From the NCBI GenBank assembly GCA_030019485.1, contig JASEEW010000001.1:1-36757 (forward strand): a stretch of 36,757 nt of DNA, written 5' to 3'. The notes below the pieces were generated by a model. The model was given only the letters and a program-made list of their open reading frames with translations, had not been told where the DNA came from and did not search any database. Source of the stretch: Thermoplasmatales archaeon. GTDB taxonomy: Archaea > Thermoplasmatota > JASEFT01 > JAUWIS01. Positions 33,123 through 36,757 of this stretch are shown piece by piece; positions within the stretch are counted from its first letter, which is position 1, and each line of letters opens with the position of its first letter. The translations under genes were made by a program, and so were the position numbers.

Positions 33123-33597
33123 AAAATAGACAATGTAACGTCTTGTAACAATAAAGATGGCATCAAGCTGTATAATTCCTCAGACAACAATACAATAAGA
33201 AACTGTATCATTTATTACAATTCTGATAATGGCATCTATCTGGATTCTTCCTCAAACAACCAAATATCAAATTGTGGTGTTTACAACAATTCTGATGATA
33301 GTATCTGTCTGGATTCTTCCTCAAACAACCAAATATCAAATTGTGGTGTTTACAACAATTCTGATGATGGTATCGGCCTCTGGGATTCCTCAAACAACAC
33401 CATCACCCGCAACCAGATTTACAACAATTCTCGGTACGGCATCTATCCCTCCTGTTGAGGGTGTAGGTTGGACACCAGTGGAAGGTGAGGAAGAGGTTGA
33501 GGAAGCGGAGAAGGTGGTGGAAGTGTGTGGAGGAGTAATCTATCTGCCTCTAATCGTAGTGGGCATCTGCATGATACTGTTAAAAAGAAAAAAATAG
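33123..33597 (+). pseudogene. Remnant of a parallel-beta-helix (PbH1-repeat) surface protein: 5' end removed at the IS boundary, frameshifted before its C-terminal TM anchor
   Basis: Frame 3 reads ..DNVTSCNNKDGIKLYNSSDNNTIRNCIIYYNSDNGIYLDSSSNNQISNCGVYNNSDDSICLDSSSNNQISNCGVYNNSDDGIGLWDSSNNTITRNQIYNNSRYGIYPSC, with a stop at 33456-33458. Frame 1 then continues ..PPVEGVGWTPVEGEEEVEE..GGVIYLPLIVVGICMILLKRKK, a TM anchor plus basic tail like the other surface proteins here. Confidence 0.5.
33240..33377 (+). repeat. Two tandem 69-bp units (one PbH1 repeat each); 60 nt are identical
   Basis: CTGGATTCTTCCTCAAACAACCAAATATCAAATTGTGGTGTTTACAACAATTCTGATGAT occurs at 33240-33299 and again at 33309-33368. 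Confidence 0.85.
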
Positions 33598-33767
33598 ATT
33601 AATAAATAAAAGTAATGTCTTTCATCTTAACATCTTTCCACGAGTTCGCAATTATCAAGCAGGATTAAAAAGGAATAGAGGTACAGTTTAACAATGTAGA
33701 AAGTATGAAATAAAATTTACTGGTCACTCATGCTATTATCATAAGCCAATCCTTTAAACCCAAATTT

Positions 33768-33875
33768 TCAGGGCAACTTACTATCAAGGTAAACTCTTTC
33801 TCTTTCATCAATATTTTCTACTGCTGAAACAATTATTGTTCTTATTGCACCGCAACCTATGATTCCAATGTTCAT
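33768..33875 (-). pseudogene. Possible 35-codon remnant of an NAD(P)-binding Rossmann oxidoreductase
   Basis: My own translation is MNIGIIGCGAIRTIIVSAVENIDERERVYLDSKLP followed by a stop. The GxGxxA/G dinucleotide-binding start is present but no more of the protein. No SD motif. Confidence 0.25.
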
Positions 33876-33908
33876 AACAACAAATAGGGATAGGAGGAGA
33901 TAAAGTTT

Positions 33909-36757
33909 TTATTTCATTGCACCTTTTTTCTTTTTCACGATTACCAAGCTAACAGCAATTATTATAATAACTGCTGTAATCCCAACACCGGTATAGAGCA
34001 ACCAGTTAATTCCTTCTTCACCTGCTACTTTTTTCTCAGCCATTGGCGTGAATATTGTGAGATGATCAACCTTTGTCCATACTGTGTTGTTGTTTTCCCA
34101 TACACCACTTTCAGGTATGAGTATCCAGTTGCCCTGAGTCTCATTCCAATAGTACATATGCAGATCTGATGCTTTAACGCCTGCGTTTTTAAGTTGTTCA
34201 GGTGTGTACTGAATGGTTATCAATATATTCTTGGATGCACCTGTAACCTCCACAAACACGCCAATTCCTATCAGGTTGTCTGGTACTGTGCCTGTAGATG
34301 GTTTGATATTTAACGTTGCAGGACCAGTATATCTCACAAAAACAGGGTTTCCATTTATAATTCTGCTCTTTGTTCGAATGATATCCCCACCATTGGAGTC
34401 AGATGTTAATTGTATTGTGAAATCTGGTATGCCATCCTTATCATCATCAACACTCAAACTAACTGCATTCTCTGTAGTAGAACCTATTTTACTCCAATCT
34501 GTAACAGTATATGACTGTAATGAACCACTGCTTATGCTCATATCACTTGCAACAAAGGTCTGTGTAGCATTAACAATATACAGTGAATAGAACTTGTCCT
34601 CATTTGATGTTATATTTAATATTCCAGCATCCATACTTATACTGAAGCTGTCCACGGTTACTGTGGATGTGTTTGATTCAAAGCAGTAGGTTTTCCCAGT
34701 GAACTCACCAGGGCTGAACTCTCCAGGACTGTATTCCCCAGGACCAAACTCACCAGGACCGAACTCACCAGGACCAAACTCACCAGGACTGAAAACAGTG
34801 AACTTGTACTCACCAGAACCAGCACCAGTAACCATGTAATCATACTCCGCACTTCTTGGCAGTATGTATATTTCAACATCACCGCATACAATAACTGTTG
34901 CGTTTGGAACAAAATTCACAACTTCTCCATTCTTAAAACCAATCTTACTCCCATATTTGTCTGTGATTAGGAGGTCTGCTGGGCAGTCAAGTGTTACTAC
35001 AACCATTCCCCTGAAACTGGAGTAATATTCAACAGCACTCAAAACCGTGATGTTTTTATAAACAGTATCAGATGCATCCTCATTATCGGTGACTGTTAAA
35101 CTAACAGTATGAGCACCGGTTGTGTAGTAATGATAAACAAACATATCTGTGCTTGCAGTTCCATCATCAAACTCCCATTCATAGCCTGCTATGTTCCCAT
35201 CAGGATCATAAGAAACAGACTCAAACCTCATGAGGCAGACGCCCCTTATCATCATATCCAGCAGCTCTGTGAGATTGAACATTCTGGTTTGTGTTTCATT
35301 CTTGTTTGCGTTGAACACAAGATGCGTTTGGTTTTTGTTTGAAATGTTTCTGTATTCCACTGTCAGCCAGACAGGGTTTGCTCCTTTTTCCTCAGCAGTG
35401 TAATCCAGGACTATAATATATGTCTGGGATGAATCCATAATTATTGATATTGTTTTGGTGTCCGGGCACCCTGGCTCCCTTGTTATGCTGACATTGCCCA
35501 GAACACCATTATCATTGGATATTGTCATATTCACTGTTTTGTATTTCGTCCCAGAAACCCTGAGCGTAACATTAACGGTATCATTGTCTGCAACCTGTAT
35601 GCCTTCATAGTAAACAAAATCTGCTACGGGTGGAACATTAACGTTGCTGACCCAGAGTGTCCATGAATGATTCACTGATAGTTTTGGTGTGCCGTTATCT
35701 ATGATAATAACTGTGACATTATAAACACCCTCCTCTGTTGATATGAATGTGTAGCTGCTGTTTGTTTCACCAGCAACCACTACATTATTCAAATACCATT
35801 TATAACCAATGCTGTTATCATCTGGGTCATACGCAACCACTGTAAATGTTTGATTCTCTGTCTCGTTAATAAATGAATAAACATTAGGAGAATAAGAACC
35901 TATGACTGGTGCCCTGTTTGTATTGATAATTGTAAGTTTGAATATCTGCTGGACAACATCGGTTCCATCAGTTGCTGTGATGTTAACCCAGTAAGTACCA
36001 GCAGAATCATAGTTTGGTGTGAATGAAATTAATCCTGTTGTTTGGTTAATGTCAAAAAGGGTTGTATTGTCTGAAAACATAATAGTATCATTATCAGGAT
36101 CAGATGCGTTAACCTGGAGTGTAAATAGCTGTCCTTCATAGGCTGTCTGATCACCAATAGGTTTTATGATTGGCGGTCTGTTCACATTAATTACAGTGAG
36201 TGTCCATTTATGATAATCATAATATACGCCGTCAGAAACAGTAACATTAACAACATACGTTCCAGCTGAATCATAGTTGGAGACAAAGGTGTATGCAGTA
36301 CCTGTTTCACCTGTTAACTCTCCATTCACATACCATGCATAGGTTAAATCATCCTCGTTAATATCAGATGCCACAACATTGAATGTTATGGATTCTGTTT
36401 CATTAATAGTAGGATCAAACGCAGGGTAGTAGGTTTCTATCACTGGTGGCTGATTCTCAGTTATGATTGTGAAATTCCAAACAACTGACCAATCACCAAG
36501 ATTCCCTGCATTATCCACTGCTCTGACCCTCCAGTAATATGTTCCATTCAGCAATGCTGAAGATGTTGTGCTGTTCGCTACTGGATTGCTGCTCCACTCC
36601 AAAGATGAGAAATCAGGTTTATCATCAACCTGAATCTCATAAAGGAATATACCAGATAGTTCATCAACAACAGCTGACCAAACAAACGTTGGCGTGGCTG
36701 TAAGCATGGTACTGTTGTTTTCTGGTGAAATCAGGGATGGAGCTGATGATGCTAGTG
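33909..36757 (-). CDS. Large PKD/Ig-like-repeat cell-surface protein with C-terminal TM anchor (5' end outside window)
   Basis: The frame stays open upstream of the listed M (36707) to the window edge (..LASSAPSLISPENNST-MLTATPTFVW..). There are several PKD-like modules (for example YEWEFDDGTASTDMFVYHYYTTGAHTVSLTVTDNEDASD). The C-terminus is WLLYTGVGITAVIIIIAVSLVIVKKKKGAMK. About thirty N-x-S/T sequons by hand count. Confidence 0.85.
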   Translation of the reverse strand, partial: LASSAPSLISPENNSTMLTATPTFVWSAVVDELSGIFLYEIQVDDKPDFSSLEWSSNPVANSTTSSALLNGTYYWRVRAVDNAGNLGDWSVVWNFTIITENQPPVIETYYPAFDPTINETESITFNVVASDINEDDLTYAWYVNGELTGETGTAYTFVSNYDSAGTYVVNVTVSDGVYYDYHKWTLTVINVNRPPIIKPIGDQTAYEGQLFTLQVNASDPDNDTIMFSDNTTLFDINQTTGLISFTPNYDSAGTYWVNITATDGTDVVQQIFKLTIINTNRAPVIGSYSPNVYSFINETENQTFTVVAYDPDDNSIGYKWYLNNVVVAGETNSSYTFISTEEGVYNVTVIIIDNGTPKLSVNHSWTLWVSNVNVPPVADFVYYEGIQVADNDTVNVTLRVSGTKYKTVNMTISNDNGVLGNVSITREPGCPDTKTISIIMDSSQTYIIVLDYTAEEKGANPVWLTVEYRNISNKNQTHLVFNANKNETQTRMFNLTELLDMMIRGVCLMRFESVSYDPDGNIAGYEWEFDDGTASTDMFVYHYYTTGAHTVSLTVTDNEDASDTVYKNITVLSAVEYYSSFRGMVVVTLDCPADLLITDKYGSKIGFKNGEVVNFVPNATVIVCGDVEIYILPRSAEYDYMVTGAGSGEYKFTVFSPGEFGPGEFGPGEFGPGEYSPGEFSPGEFTGKTYCFESNTSTVTVDSFSISMDAGILNITSNEDKFYSLYIVNATQTFVASDMSISSGSLQSYTVTDWSKIGSTTENAVSLSVDDDKDGIPDFTIQLTSDSNGGDIIRTKSRIINGNPVFVRYTGPATLNIKPSTGTVPDNLIGIGVFVEVTGASKNILITIQYTPEQLKNAGVKASDLHMYYWNETQGNWILIPESGVWENNNTVWTKVDHLTIFTPMAEKKVAGEEGINWLLYTGVGITAVIIIIAVSLVIVKKKKGAMK
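34701..34790 (-). repeat. Six tandem 15-nt units encoding (P-G-E-F/Y-G/S) pentapeptide repeats
   Basis: Units start at 34701, 34716, 34731, 34746, 34761 and 34776 (GAACTCACCAGGxCx variants). The protein reads SPGEFGPGEFGPGEFGPGEYSPGEFSPGEFTG. Confidence 0.85.

Noticed and set aside
31760-33130. Target-site duplication flanking the IS.
   Set aside because: The bases outside the 18-bp inverted repeats (..AATATATAT versus AAAATAGAC) do not form a convincing direct repeat at any offset I tried, so I make no duplication claim.
33240-33377. Possible CRISPR array, considered for the 69-bp repeats here and the 15-nt repeats at 34701-34790.
   Set aside because: The repeats are directly tandem with no unique spacers, and they are in frame within protein-coding repeats (PbH1 coils and PGEFG pentapeptides). 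No cas genes are present.
33229-33597. The listed 122-aa ORF taken as an intact gene.
   Set aside because: Its first ~75 residues are an out-of-frame reading of the beta-helix repeats (repeated WILPQTTKYQIVVFTTILM). Only the last ~45 residues (acidic linker plus TM anchor) look genuine. I treat it as part of the frameshifted pseudogene.
1-36757. tRNA, rRNA, RNase P or SRP RNA genes in the intergenic regions.
   Set aside because: None of the spacers showed a cloverleaf-compatible arrangement or conserved T-loop (GTTCRANYC) or anticodon-stem features by eye. This is a manual scan only, so tRNAscan or Infernal should confirm it.

Overview
The window looks archaeal and AT-rich. Evidence: a Sec61-beta/SecG homologue, a Dol-P-Man synthase, an e-MtaB-type radical-SAM enzyme, TATA-like boxes, and GGTGA/GGAGG ribosome-binding motifs. 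Layout: (1) 1-0.8 kb: the end of a CARDB surface protein. (2) 0.9-11 kb: a glycan and sugar-nucleotide cluster with three GT4 enzymes, two methyltransferase-fold genes plus a duplicated 5' gene remnant, a PMI-type cupin, a Dol-P-Man synthase::GtrA fusion, a GT-C-like membrane protein, galU and ugd. (3) 11-12.8 kb: secG, a 22-aa poly-basic micro-ORF and an MtaB-like enzyme. (4) 12.8-14.8 kb: a biotin module (bioY, DUF1284-like, birA) carrying a paired-palindrome element that also sits in frame inside birA. (5) 15-30.5 kb: one uninterrupted minus-strand array of aconitase, ATP-citrate lyase aclB-aclA, two ICDH-family dehydrogenases, an HD protein, a divergent fused aconitase-family enzyme, a split LeuC/LeuD-like dehydratase, a pycB-pycA-like biotin carboxylase and a cupin. 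Three related hairpins built from TTAGGG-like units and one ~155-bp composite palindrome punctuate this array. (6) A divergently transcribed regulator with two wHTH modules. (7) An IS4-signature insertion sequence abutting a 5'-truncated, frameshifted beta-helix surface-protein gene. (8) A PKD-rich surface protein of more than 940 aa that runs off the window. The best candidate for something new is the citrate-cleavage/carboxylation supercluster, with its redundant and partly non-canonical aconitase and ICDH paralogues and its sense-strand RNA hairpin punctuation. I recognised no rRNA, tRNA or CRISPR array. All calls come from reading the sequence and recalling family motifs; no searches were run.
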